Shown in pieces: positions 1-14,145 of a stretch of 64,000 nt of DNA; positions within the stretch are counted from its first letter, which is position 1, and the number at the start of each line of letters is the position of its first letter. The stretch lies in assembly GCA_002245135.1 (NCBI GenBank), contig NGBS01000872.1, positions 186,001 to 250,000 of the forward strand, written 5' to 3'. The stretch is from Proteromonas lacertae. Lineage: Eukaryota. The position numbers and the translations under genes were made by a program. The notes below the pieces were generated by a model that saw nothing but the letters and a program-made list of their open reading frames with translations, did not search any database and was not told where the DNA came from.

Positions 1-1008
1 TCATTATTATTTGAATAATAATTAATATTCCTATCTTTATTCCATAATGAAGTATATATCTTTTGGTATGACTTTAATAACTTACTCATTTGATATTTCT
101 CTATTCTATTCAAATGTAACATTATTATATCATAATTCTTATCAATTGCTATATTTATTGTTTGAAATAATCCTTTTAGATAGTTTAATATGCTAATATC
201 ATCATCTAAACACATTCGAAGTGATAAATGGAATAAAAACTGTAAAAATTGAGTGAAATTAAGTGTATATTTTAATGGAGATGATTTACTACCAACTTTC
301 ATTAAACAACAGGTAAATATCTCTGCGACATCTTCTATTCGTATATTTATGGATGATACTAAACCAAAATCCTTGAGAAATTTATATAATGAAGTATATG
401 ATATTTGAATTGAATGAGAAGGAGGAATTTCTTTACTTATATATATTCTTATTATTGATTCTAAAATTTGTTTGTAGTTGCTTATATAGTTTTGTATAAC
501 GATATTATCAAATATTATTTGCTCAGTATACCACTTTATATAATCCCATTTATTTGAATATGGATATATATAGGTATCTAAGAATAATGAAAATTGTTTA
601 TCATATGACACATGTAAACTAATTATATACTGTGAATTATGTTCTGCTAATCTTACTAATAAGTTGATAAATTCAGAAAATGTAAGATGTTTTTGTTTCT
701 TTCCATTAATTATACTAATTTCTGAATTAAACATAACTGATGATTTTGCACTATCTACCACTTTTGGATACATCTGAACATCTTTCAGAAAGGCAATGAA
801 AGAGTGAAGTGAAAAATTATATATATTATATGGATCTCCACATACACAGTAGTATGAATATATGTACCATAACATTTCTAAAGCAATAAACAAGAAAAAC
901 AATACCATCTGAGTTAATAGCAGGTTCATTATTTTGAGAACTTAATTCTTGAGAATATTTTGAAATTGAACTAATTGTTGAAATAGAATCAAAAGAGGCA
1001 ACTGACAT
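1..1008 (-). CDS. Hypothetical protein with two divergent EF-hand/p25-alpha-like helical repeats; runs off the window start
   Basis: ATG at 1008 and a short GT-AG intron (~879-906), then a long open frame: ..LWYIYSYYC..SFIAFLKDVQM..LTFSEFINLLVRLA.. and ..LYKFLKDFGLV..LNFTQFLQFLFHLS.. Confidence 0.5.
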
Positions 1009-1230
1009 ATCAACAAAACTGTCTTTTGTTTCAAAAATTAAATCGTTTCAGATTATTTTAATCTCATTTTTATCATGTTGTAGTGATTTATTTAAAGAGT
1101 AGTTATGCGAACACATTTAACAAATTGGATTAATTGCGTCTGTATGTTATGAAGGTTGTAATTCAACGAATACTGTTGATTGACTTGGGTGTAATATAGC
1201 CTAATAAATTCCTTTAAAATGACTGAATAA

Positions 1231-1485
1231 TTACTAATTAAATATTAATTATTGACAATGACGGTAAATTAACAAAATCTATACTCTAAGGCATTTAACC
1301 TCTTGCTTCTTGATTGGTTTGTTCTTTTTATTTTCTGTAATTGTTTGAAGTGGTTTTCTTGGTATATATTTGCCTTTTCCTTCTTTTTGTGGTAATTTGC
1401 CTGTTAAAGGATCTAGATTCTCTTTTTCCATGATAGAATTAAAAGCATCTGAAGAAACTGATGGACATTTAACTACATCAGCCAT
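1231..1485 (-). CDS. Small (~67 aa) basic protein with KEN box, D-box and probable C-terminal LR tail
   Basis: ORF 1279-1485 contains KENLDP and RKPLQTIT. A predicted GT-AG intron 1284-1234 puts TAA (1233-1231) directly after ..KCLR. Confidence 0.55.
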
Positions 1486-1587
1486 TTGAACTGAAGTATT
1501 TTTGAAAAAGTGATTTGATTTTTTTGAAATTTAAACAGCTAGTTTGACAAGCCAAACTTTTTTTCTTCATTTCTCATTTTGTCGATT

Positions 1588-4100
1588 ATGGGACACCACA
1601 AGAAACATAAAGATCCATTTACAAAGTATTCCACATGCTCTTTATCATACCTATAGAAATATACAAAATAATCAGGTAAAAAATGATTTTAGAAGGTATT
1701 AATCTACCATTATAAATTGTTAAATAGGATTTCATTTCATAAAGCAAGATCTCCACAAACTGGATTTAATACTCAAAGTAATTCATTCAAAGGAGATTTT
1801 CAAACGAATAATCAACAAAAGAAATCAACGAACATTAAACTAAGTGATTCATCAAAATTTATATACCCAGCAGAGAAAGATAGATTATTTCCAAGATCAG
1901 CAGTAAGAGATACACTGAAATGGAAGAGAGCAGATAAACCAGGTGCAGGTTATTTCAACTTAGGTGCTACCTGTTATTTAGACACATCACTTCAATGTTT
2001 AACACATACACCACCACTCTCTCAAATACTTTTATCAAATTATCATCCTTACTGTCAAGTACCAAACTGTTTCGTATGTGTATTCCACAAACATATCAAT
2101 CAAGCTTTCACATCAAACAGTGCATTTGCTCCAAAACACGTTGTATCCCGTTTAAAACTAATAGGTAAACAATTCCATTATCATCGTCAAGAAGATTGCC
2201 ACGAGTTTATTCGTTGTTTTTTAGATTCAATACATAAGTCGTGTTTACATATAGCTGGTCATAATCCTAATGAACGTAGTGCAATAGCTGAAACATCATT
2301 AATATATCAAATATTTGGTGGTTATAATGAAAGTATTGTAGAATGTCCATCTTGTCATTATAAATCAAAGAAATATGATCCAATCTTAGATATATCACTA
2401 GAAATGCATAAATCACTAGACACTTTACAAGATGTATATAGTTATTATAATATTATTATACTGTATAGTTATTTAAATATCATAATAGAATTGAACAGTT
2501 AGGAGAGGATAATAAATGGTTATGTGGTGGATGTAATAAGAAAACAAGAGGATTAAAATCATTATCAATATATTGTGTATATTATTATTTATTATATTAT
2601 TATATTTAGCCTCCAATGTGCCTTTGTATTCAATTTAAACGATTCAATTATTCAGGAGAAAAAATATCCAAGAAAATCCAATATCCAGCACAATTTGATA
2701 TTACTCCATTTATATCAAAAGAACAAATTAAAAAGATCAATTCAAATATAACTTATAGTTTATATGCAGTAGCAGTTCATGAGTATATATAATATTATTA
2801 TTGAAAATATAGTGGTTATTCAGTACATAGTGGCCATTATTATGCATATTTCAAAGGTAGAAATGGATTATGGTATTGTGGTAATGATGAAAGTGTATAT
2901 CAATCTAAATTAAACACAGCTTTGAATCAAAATGCATATGTATTATTCTATATGATTGATAAACCTGAATTGTTGAATAATATTATACCATTCGAAAAAG
3001 AATACCCCAATTTTTTTCAAACACCCAAACCAGTTGTTGTAAATAACAATAAATTAGATGTGAAAAAAGAAGAGAAAAGTAAAGAAAAAGAAAAAGAAAA
3101 AGATAACAGTGATAGTGATAATGAAAATGATTCAAATATAAAGAATCTCTCATCCATAGCTCAATCCTTTATAAATAACAATAAAGATATACCAATCTTA
3201 CATTCAGATGAAGAAGTAGATAAATCAGATAGTGAGAATTGGGAAGTACCATCTGAAGAGACGTATAGTAGTGAAGAAGATGATTATGATGATAGTTTAT
3301 TATCACCAGAAAGTGAATTGCATTTATTACAATTGCAAGATGAATTAAGACATTGTTTAAGGTTAATGTTATATTTGAGACATATACATCTGGGTAGGAA
3401 AGTGAGATTATTGAATAGAATTAAGAAAATTATAATGATGATGAATTTAATACAGGAGGAAGATGGTATGGATGGTGAAGAAGAGGATGAATATGAATAT
3501 AGTGATGATGATAATGATGAAGATGATGAAGAGATGGAATTAGAAGATGATAGTAGTGATGGTGATGATGATGAAATACCAGAATTAGAATTAAATAGCA
3601 GTGAAGAAGAAAAAGAAGAGAAAGAAAATGTTGATGAAGATGGAAATGAAGAAGAAAGTAATGAGAATCAAAATGAAGAAAGTAATGAAAATAATGAGAA
3701 TAATAATGAAGAAGAAGATGAAAGTAATGATGGAGATGTAGAAGTTATTACCTTCGATTCCTTAAAGAAGGAAGATAAAGAAACAACACAAAATCTTCAA
3801 GATGAAATTAAGAAAATACTATTAGGTAGTAAAACATCCTTATATGGTGATAGAGACATTGATCAATGGGATAATGCTGATCCAAACACACAAGAAGCAC
3901 ATAAAAATTATATGAAGAGTCATAATAAGCAGATGAAGAAATGGGAAAAGTCAAGACAGTTAGATGGATGGAATAAAGCATTAGATAAAGGTAAAGCACC
4001 CAAAGTAAAGAAGAATAAGAAGATGGATGATGAACCAGTCAAAAGACAAAATCCTTTTGATAATCCCAAGAAATTTAAAAACAAGAGATTTAAGCATTAA
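1588..4100 (+). CDS. USP36: Ubiquitin-specific protease, USP36/USP42-like (multi-exon)
   Basis: Cys box GYFNLGATCYLDTSLQC, QEDCHEF, His box HSGHYYAY..WYCGNDESV across short introns; acidic region and basic tail (WNKALDKGKAPKVK) typical of nucleolar USP36. Confidence 0.85.
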
Positions 4101-4203
4101 TTATTTTGTTTGTCTTCTATATTTTGAGAATGAAAAATTCAAAATACATTCTAATAAAACGAACAAATTTTTAAAATCTCAACCATCGTAAACATAGTTA
4201 TTG

Positions 4204-5534
4204 ATGAAAACCCAACACCTACTTGTTACTCTGCTTTTTGTTTTGAGCGTTTATGCTTGTAATGAATTTTGCAATGGTCACGGAACATGTGAAGCCAATG
4301 ATAAGTGTCAGTGCTATTTTGGATGGGGTGGAGCAGATTGCTCATTACGTATATCTATTAAATTTTATTAATAGGTGCTTGTCCATATGGGGAGGCTTTT
4401 GTAGATTTAGCTTTAGGTGATTTAAATCATGATGGTGAAGTGACGACTGATATTGTAAAGACTGAATGGTTCCCAGATGTAGGAAGAAGTGAACTACACA
4501 CAGGTGACTATAAACATAGATATGCTGAATGCTCAAATGCTGGTTTATGTAATAGAGAGACAGGTGATTGCGAATGTTTCCCAGGTTATGAAGGTTCTTC
4601 TTGTCAAAGAATGTCATGTGCTACAGCTGTTGAAGGAAATCCTTGTTCTGGACATGGTGTTTGTCTTCCAAGTGAAATAAAAGCAGGTAATTTATGTGGA
4701 TGGGAATTAAAAAAGACATTATATTGTAGATGTGATGAAGGTTGGACTGGATTTGATTGTAATGAGAGAGTTTGTCCTAAAGGTTTAGATCCATTGAGTA
4801 GTAGTGATAAAGGTAAATCTGTTATGCAATATAGATTCACATTACCACATAATCATACACTTGCTCGTAGTTTAACAATGATTCCAGGAGATATAATGGA
4901 TCATTATTATGAAGTTACTTTTGGTGATGTAACTTATACAACTCCAGTTATTTCTAGAGTTGATCGTGCTACAATTTGTAATGGTGATAAAACTGATCCA
5001 ACTTATAAATCAAATGCTATTAGATATCAAAATGAAATTAAAAATGCAATTAAAACTATTCCACCATTAAGTCAATCTACTGTTACTATTCAATGTGAAA
5101 TGAGTGAATTAGGACCTATAGATACACCTAGACCTACAGGTTATGATCAAAATTTAAATAAATTAGCTGTTACTATTAATGTAGAATATACTGATTATGA
5201 TTTATTTCAAAAATCACAGTTTACATTAGTTGAAATGAATGAAGATAAAGATGGTTGTACATCATTTGATAATCCAAGTCCAGTTGGTACTGTTTCTCCA
5301 TCAACAGTTGTTCATCCATTTAATTCAACTACTGATAATACACCAACATGCATACCTAAAGGTGATAATGATTATACTTATTATTATACTTCAGTTGAGA
5401 AAGTATTTAAATCTGGACTAACTCAAACACCATGTGCATCTAGAGGTAAGTGTAATATCAATACTGGATTATGTGAATGTTTTACAGGATATTTCGGAGC
5501 AGCATGTGAAAACTCATTATCTATAGCTGTATAA
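4204..5534 (+). CDS. Tubular mastigoneme-type EGF-repeat protein (Ocm1/Sig1-like)
   Basis: Signal peptide, [16 protein letters not shown], one intron, [50 protein letters not shown]-terminal [22 protein letters not shown]. Confidence 0.8.
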
Positions 5535-5637
5535 AACACAATAATTATATATTATATATTATTTTGTTTTTATTGAATAACAAAATCAATAATAATAATA
5601 TTTACATTAAATAAACAAAGAGGAATAAACTTATTTA

Positions 5638-8097
5638 TTATTTCTTAGTTATAGATTTTACAAATGCTGGAACATCTTCAGCTATGCAGTTCATATGTTC
5701 TCTAATATTTTCAACCAATATTTCTTGCTCTTTAGAAGGGTTACTAATCAAAAATTGTTCTTCATTTGCTAATACTTCTTTAATTCTTATATACAATTCT
5801 ATTTTATCTATATGTTCCATCTCAACTCTATGGATTAAGTCACTAGCTGTCATTTCCAATCTTAATTTCTGTATAATGTCTCTAATCTCATTCAAAATCT
5901 CATTTCTTCTTCTGTTAAACCATGGTCTAAAATGGGGAGAATGGAAAAACCGACTATACAATATTTTCCACTGCATCTTATTGAATGGAGCTAATATTGC
6001 ATTAGTAGATTCACACCTTGAAATAAACTCATTTTCATCAAAATTGATTAATAATTTACTAACATCCATATAAGGATCTATATAACAATAACAATAATAT
6101 AATATATATAAATACTAATAGACATAGAAGATTGATTCATTTGGAAATAATAATCCAAAGGACTTAAAAAACACTGTGTTAAAGCCTTAAAATGATCTCT
6201 CAATAACTTATTATTAATAATAGTTGCAGGTAATGTAGCAGGTGATGGTTGTATTGGTATAGAAGGTGGTGGTGGTGGTGGAGGTGAATATTGTGGTAAT
6301 TGTTGTTGTTGTTGTGTTAATGGAGTAGATATTGTATTTACTGGTATTGGTGGAGATGGTGTAGGAGTATAATAATAGTCATTATTACTATCATATTCAC
6401 TATTATCATATTCATATTCATTATCTTCATCATCATCACTCTCATTATCACCATTTATACCACCACTACTACTAATATCATCATCTTTTGCACTTCCACT
6501 ACTGAAATAACCATCATTGAATAAATTACTACTCTTTTTCAATACTAATAATCTATTCAAAGTGACAGAATTGGATTTCATTATGCTACTTCTTCTACTC
6601 ACGAAATTATACTCATTATCAATATGACATTCATCTAGAGTTGTCTTTTCTGGTACTACTTTTGGAGTTCTTTTATTAGGCCTACGACTTTCACCAACAA
6701 ATGGTTGTAAATGAATACAATTAGGCCAATACTTCAATGTCTTTATAATACATGGATTTGTCACTCCTAATATAATGGATGATAACTTTGTACCATGTGT
6801 CTCATCATGTAATTTCACTATCTCTTTATAATCTTGATCACAGAGTGAGAAACAGGGTCTATAATCTCCACAGTATATTATTGGTGATATTAATCCTACT
6901 ATGGATAACACAGCCATACTACATTGTTCTGCATCATTAGCGAAGATGATTAATGGCTCACCAGTGATTGATATTTCCCACAAATGCCATAGACATCCTA
7001 CATATTGACCAAATGTAGCGTATAATGGTAAACTCTATAAATAATAAATATAATATTAATATATAAAATATAAAATATAAAAATACTTGAAAATATCCAT
7101 ATTCACTTTTAACTGGAGATGGTGCAATAAAATCATCAAAGAACTGTTGTGGACTTTTACTCTGTCCTCTTGAGGGAGTTAATAGTGAATTTCTTCTAAA
7201 TGTAAATGCTGGTGATAATGGTAAACTATCAGGTTCATCTAATTCCTCTCTTTCATCATCATAAGTTATACAATCACTCGTTGATTTATCCATTGGTAAT
7301 ACATCAGGTAATTCTTCATTGTTATATACTATTACAGTCGGTTTATCATTACTGTTACTATTAGAAATCAAATTAACAGGTAGATTTAATGCTGGTGGTA
7401 TTGATGTTGATGTTAATGAAATAGCAGTTGGAGATGGTGTAGGAGATGATTGTTCAGGATATTCTATAGATTCATCATTCAATCGTGGAGATGGTAATGG
7501 AGGTGTTTTAGCTGATGCTGGTACTGTTGTTGTGGTTAAATCTAATAAGTCAGGATCATTAGGTATTCTGGCTTTATATATATCACCATAGAGTGGACAT
7601 TCAACCTTATGACCAATTAATGGAGGTGGCCAGAGGATTAGGCTTGAAAATAGTGTTTCTAGTGTTACCTCACCATATTGAAAGTACATATTTGCTATTT
7701 TGGTGGTTATATTTCTGAAAAATGTATATTCTGGGATTTTTGTGAGAATTACTAAGGATTTTTGAAATGCTCCTCTTGGTTTGTCTCTTGATTGGATTGA
7801 TCTGAAATAAGTATAACCAAACAAAAATGAATGTTCACTTGGGTAAGCAGAAAATAATGGTATAGCCATTTCTGTTCTAATTCGGAAAACATAGAATAAA
7901 TCTGCAGGATCTGTTGGATGTTTGTCAGGCATAGCAATTAGACGAATATTATCTTTGCATGTTTTAGATAAAGCTTCTCGAGGGTAAATAGCTTCAATAC
8001 TTTGGCCTTTATCTGTATCAAAATTGATAACCACTAATGCAACAATCCAAGGCTCTAAACTATGAGGCGTTTGAAAATGTTTCGTTACTTCATCCAT
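5638..8097 (-). CDS. DENND6: DENN-domain Rab GEF, DENND6/FAM116-like (3 exons)
   Basis: uDENN FDTDKGQSIEAIYP, FQKSLVILT, GEPLIIFA, GDYRPCF, GVTNP, C-terminal LYSRFFHSPHFRPWF. Confidence 0.85.
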
Positions 8098-8416
8098 TTG
8101 TGTTTTATTTATCAGGATCTATTATATCTTCCTATTTTATATACTTTAAACCTAAAAAATCTAAGTTTATGATAATATATAACAAGAAAATCGAAGATAA
8201 AAAAATATACTGATCAGAAAACCATACACCGTATTTTAATATTTTTTTGGAGCGAAAATTAATTTTTGCCTTTTGTAAGCTGTACTTGAATCTGAAAAAA
8301 ACAAAACCCCTCATTTATAATTACCTACGACATTACACACATATTTAACCAATAATTGGATTTTTAATGTATATTTCAAGTCAAATTATCCTTTAAAAAT
8401 AGAATATATAGTTATA

Positions 8417-11400
8417 ATGTCGGACTATAATGTACTACAAGATCGACTGAAGGATGTAATTTACAAACTGAACAAGAAAGATCACTTTTGTATTTTCAGA
8501 GAAGCAGTCAATGCAAAAGATGTATGGTAAAAACGTTGTTATATTTTTAGGTACCAGATTATTACGAAGTCATCAAACATCCTATGGATCTAGGAACAAT
8601 GAACCGAGTATTGACTTTTCTATTTATATATTCATCAAAATAGAAAATAGATGATAGAAAATATGGTAATTTGGATGAATTAGAGTTAGATTTTAGGTTG
8701 ATGATAGCAAATTGCAAAGAATACAATGAAGTATAAATATCACATTATCTATATATATATTTCTTTATAGCCAAATTCTGTTTATTACAATCAAGCATTA
8801 ATATTAGAAGAATACGGTAATAGTGTATTTGAAAAGACACGTAAAATAATAGAACATGCAAGAGGAAGAGATACAAGAGCAGAAATAGTGAAATCATTTA
8901 TCCCATTACCACTAGTATATCATAAACAAACACATTCTAACTCACTCTATGGCACTTTCAAATGTAATATGCAAATATCCGTTTTACCTTATCTTGGCGG
9001 AGAAAATATATTGGTTCCTAATAAGGATAATTGTTGTATGGTTTGTGCTTTACCTTCCCCTGATTTACAATGTGAAAAATGTAAAATGAAAGTATATATA
9101 TATATATATATAATTTATATTGTAATAGTATCATATTAATTGTATGTTACGTCGTAAGAATGACATTATTGAATCATTATGTAGTTATTGTTCAAGACCT
9201 TATAATAGCAAAGCTGGTTGTATATTATGTCCAAATAATATTAAAGGAATAATGTGTAGGGTAAGTAACACCAGTTGGGCTCATTTATGGTGTATTTATG
9301 GTACTAAATTCATTGAAAGTATTGAAAACACTGAACCAAACACTAATAACACTACATTATTACCAACAGAACAACAATATTGTTGTTTTCTATGTAAAAA
9401 GACATTAGGATGTGTAGCAAAATGTGCTTGTGTTAGTTGTGAAAGAAGAGTTCATGTAACTTGTGCAATGATGTGTCCTGCTATGATGGTAGTGATTTGG
9501 CAATCAAGGAAAGGTATTATATATTGTAAAGAACATTGTCCTTCTGAATATATAATCAAAACAAAGATAATTAATAACACAGTTAATAATATTCAAATTA
9601 AACCACCACATAATTTAGTGTTAAACTTTACTCTATCATCTTCGTCTAATTCATTAAAGTGTTGTGTTTGTAACAATATTTATGTTAATTCACATCCTTT
9701 ACCTATCCTTCAATGTAATAAATGTAAAATGACAGTTCATCCTGAATGTTATGGAATTCAAGGGATTATACCTGAAGATTTCATATGTGATTATTGTCAA
9801 GTAGTAGAAGATCCAAATGCTAGACAACCAATGTGTGAAATATGTCATAAAGAAGGTAAAAATGCATTTAAACCAACAACCATAGAAGGTAAATGGGTTC
9901 ATTTATATTGTGCATTATGGATTCCTACTCTCAGTTTCAAAGATTTGACAACTTTAAAACCAGTAATTGGGCTTGAAACAATCAATCCTTTATTAACTCA
10001 AGCCGTTTGTCAAATCTGTCATTTGAGTGGAATTTGTTTGAAGTGTTCTGATAATACTTGTTCCTGTAATTATCATCCTATTTGTGGTAGAGATGCTGGT
10101 TATTTTATGGTATTTAAAGAGAAAAAGAATGGTGAAATCAGAGCTATTAGTTATTGTTCAATACATTCTGATGCGGAGAGAGAAAAAATAGAAACAAGAA
10201 GTAGAAGAAAAGCAAATACAACTACTCCAAGAAAGAATAAAACTAAGACAAAAGATAAATTAGATGGTGTTATTACTAGTTCTAGAGATAAAGATGTTGG
10301 TCGTTCTGCAATTACTCCAGCACAATATTGGAAGTTATTTGATCCATATTTTGATGATTTAATATATCGTAATACAAATGAATTCTTTGTTCCCTATGTT
10401 AGAACAAAAGAACAAATTGAAAATAATCCATTATGCTTTATTCCTCCATTAGGTAATAAGTTGGAAAAAGAAAAACTTCAAACTGATTTGATTATAAATG
10501 GAGTTGAAGAGAATGATAAAATACCACAATCGACTGATTCTATCAGTTTTAGAGGTTATAATTTTAAGAATTTCAACACAATTTATCAAACAATACCATT
10601 TTCATTAAGCGATGAAGTATTGGATTGGGTTTATAGTCATTGTATTCTTTTAGATACAACATTCCGTGAAGCTGAACCAAAAGATATTCCTTTACTACTT
10701 CAGATTAATAAAATCAATCCTGGTTATAAAACTAAAGAATCTTATATGGAAGCATTCTCTGAGAAAAATGATTTTATATTAGTATCTGAAAGAATTGGTG
10801 TAAATGGATTACCCTATTTAACAGGAATGTGCCATTATTACTTCCAATGGTTTCAAGATAAAGATGAAAATGGTAAAGTCAATGTTTTAGCATGTTATGT
10901 AGCTACATTACAAGCAGTGAAAGAATCAACACATTCTGATTATATTAATCAATATAAAGTAGTATCAGAACCAAGAACAGGTGTTACATTATTTGCTATG
11001 GCTGTTGAACATGCTAGAAAAGAGAAAATGCAATATATTTGTTGTGATTCAACTGCTGAATCTGTATCTTTTTATTTCAAAGTGTTTAATATGTCTGAAA
11101 AAGATCCATTTCCTGATAATTCATATCATCCAATGGGAATAGCGATTAAAGATTTCAAATATTGGAATTGTCTACCTCCAGCTCCAAAAGATCTAAATGA
11201 TAAAACTGTAAAAATGACTTTTAATGCAAAAAGTGATAAACCGATCATTCCTGATTGTCAATATCCTGAAGATAATCCAATCACTTCATTTTTCTTACAT
11301 ACAAATTATTTAGGTGAAGTGTTAGATGATTCTACTCACTTTTTATATGAAAAGATAGGAGATAATAATGATGATGAAACAATACCAATTCTTGATCCAC

Positions 11401-13959
11401 CAAAGATAGATACAAAACCAATAACTAATCAATCAGAAGTAGCTGATGTAATACAAGATAATAATGCAAAGAATAATAGAATAAAGTTTGAATTAGATGA
11501 TTTTGAACCTGAAGAAGTTGATGAATTGAGGAATAATGAAATAGAAAAACAAATGAGAATATTGCAATCAGAATTGAAGAGTGTAATGCATAGAAATAGT
11601 AAAAGAGGAGAAATAATAAGAAATAGAATATTAATAATCATGAAACCTTTTTGAATAATTTAAAACAAAATACTTGGGTAAATCAAGCCTGAAATAATGT
11701 TTAAGAATTATATGACAAAAGTATTGGAATATGAGAAGAAACATAGTGTTCCAGATCTTGAAGATCAAGTTTGTGATGTATGTTATGATGATGATAGTGC
11801 ATATGGAAATCAAATTGTATTTTGTGATTCTTGTAATGTAGGAGTTCATCAAGTATATATATATTGTTGTGTTATTTATTTATTTATTAATAGAAATGTT
11901 ATAATATTCCAATCATTCCAGCCAATGAATGGTATTGTATGAGATGTAAACAGAATCTATCACAAGATATGAGTTGTTTTTTATGTGGTTTGCAAGGTGG
12001 TGCATTAGTTCCAACTGATAATGATAGAGTATAAAATATAGTAAACTATTATTATTAATAGTGGTGTCATGCTTCTTGTGCTGCATATATTCCAGAGATA
12101 AAATTAGTCAAAGAAAATGATGAAGGATATAGAGCATGTAATATTTCAAGTATTGACAGATTAAGATATGAAATACCTTGCTATTTCTGTAAGAAGACTG
12201 GTTATGCAGTAATTCAGTGCTTAGAACAACATTGTTCAACATCTTTTCATGTTAGATGTGCTTTAAATCATAAGTTAACTAATGCTGTTGTTTTAAGATG
12301 GATAAATGGTCCTGATCCTCAAAATCCAATTGATGCTATTCCTTATTGTTTATGTAAACATCATTGTGATTTACCAATGCCAAGTAATTGGCAGAAATTA
12401 GCTACAGAATTGATTAGACCTAAAGTGAAGAAAATAAAAAGGAAAGCAGAGAAAGCTAAAAGTCCAAGACCAAAGAAGAGAGTAAAGTATTATCCAGAGA
12501 GTGATGATGAAGAATCACATATCAAAATTGTATTTATTATTAATATATATATATATCTTATTATTAATTATAATAGAAAAATGTATCATTTCCAAGAAGC
12601 AGAAACTCTAATAATCCAAACAGACAGTATGGTATATACACTGATCAAGTCAATTGGATTGATGCATTAATAAAAGAATTGAAAAGTTGTAAATTTAGTA
12701 GATATTTAACAAAGAAATTATATTTACATGGAATTGGAGATTATGTTAGAGGATTGAATGGATTAATAAAATTCCATCGTAATTATATATTTACATCCTA
12801 TGATTTATTTGTGAGATTATTGAGAGACTTGTTCTTTGGTTATTTAGATAATGATGTTGGTTGTAACACTCACAATGAATCGTTAAGATGTAAATCCATT
12901 CAATTTTTAGCTATTATTGTATCAAACCATAAAAATAGCTATGATCAAACTCATCCTGATTTCTTCATGCCTAACACACCTAATATTGAACAAAAGAATG
13001 CAGAATCTTTAATGAAACTACTTACAATTTTACAAAATCTACATAATGATAAGAATAAAATCGTGAATAACAGAGAAGGAGAAGTTGTACTAACAACTGA
13101 AGAGAATCAAACAGAAGAAACAAAAGAATCAGTATCTATTAAAGTAAGTAATGTTCAAATGGAAATAGTGGATAAAGATGATAATAATAATGATGATAAT
13201 AGTTCATCTACATTTGTTGATAACCCAATAGATACAAATACTGAAGTAAATATACAATATGATAAGAATAAAGAAGAAAAAGAAATAAAAGAAACAGAGA
13301 ATATAGATTTACCACCTCCACCTTCTATTACTTCTAATAATGAGAATAATAATACAGAAACTCAAGCAATGGAAGAAGAAGATGATGATCCAAATGCATT
13401 GTATTGTATCTGTAGAGAGAAATATGAAGGTTTTTATTTCCAGTGTAGTAAATGTGAAGGATGGTTTCACTTTATATGTTTAGGTTATTATCAATGTACT
13501 GATCCAAGTCATAAAGACTGTGTTATATCTAAAAATGGTAAACATTTCTCAACAGAAGGTGACTTTTATTGTCATGGATGCAATTATGATATGGCATATC
13601 CTCAAGATATATATGATAATAAAAATGTTGTTGTAAAAGAAGAAAAAACTGAAGAATTACCTATAAATGAAGAGAAAAAAGAAAAAGAACCACTACCTCC
13701 ACAAATAGAGATAGAACATCAAGAAGAAGAACAACAAGAACAACAAATAGATATATCACAACAACCACAGAAACAACAGAGACAAACTCAAATTAATGAA
13801 TTTATAACATCAAATAATGTTGAGAAAAGAAAACGATGTAGAAATAAAAGTAAGGATATGGAGATAGATGATGATGATGATGATGATGATGAGGAAGACA
13901 ATGCTGATGATGAAGAGGATGAAGAGGAAGAGGAATATAGCGACTTTGATAATAATTAA
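8417..13959 (+). CDS. Bromodomain + multiple PHD/ePHD (PZP) + GNAT-like chromatin protein; reading-frame break near 11630-11690
   Basis: Spliced bromodomain (..VPDYYEVIKHPMDLGTM..MIANCKEYN), three PHD-zinc knuckle-ePHD modules (WAHLWC, WVHLYCALWIP, WCHASCAAYIPE), GNAT-like segment, terminal PHD (YCICR..CSKCEGWFHFIC). Confidence 0.8.
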
Positions 13960-14145
13960 ATGATGTTGAGTTTGTTTTTAGTCCATTTTATTCAGCTTCA
14001 GCTAGTTGTAATTTTATTGTTCAATACCTATATGTATAAGAATATATTATTATTTCTGTATTGTTTTATGGATTTGAACATTCACTGTAAAACAAACATG
14101 AATTTGATTGACTCAAACTTTTTATTTTCAAAAAACTATCTTTAC

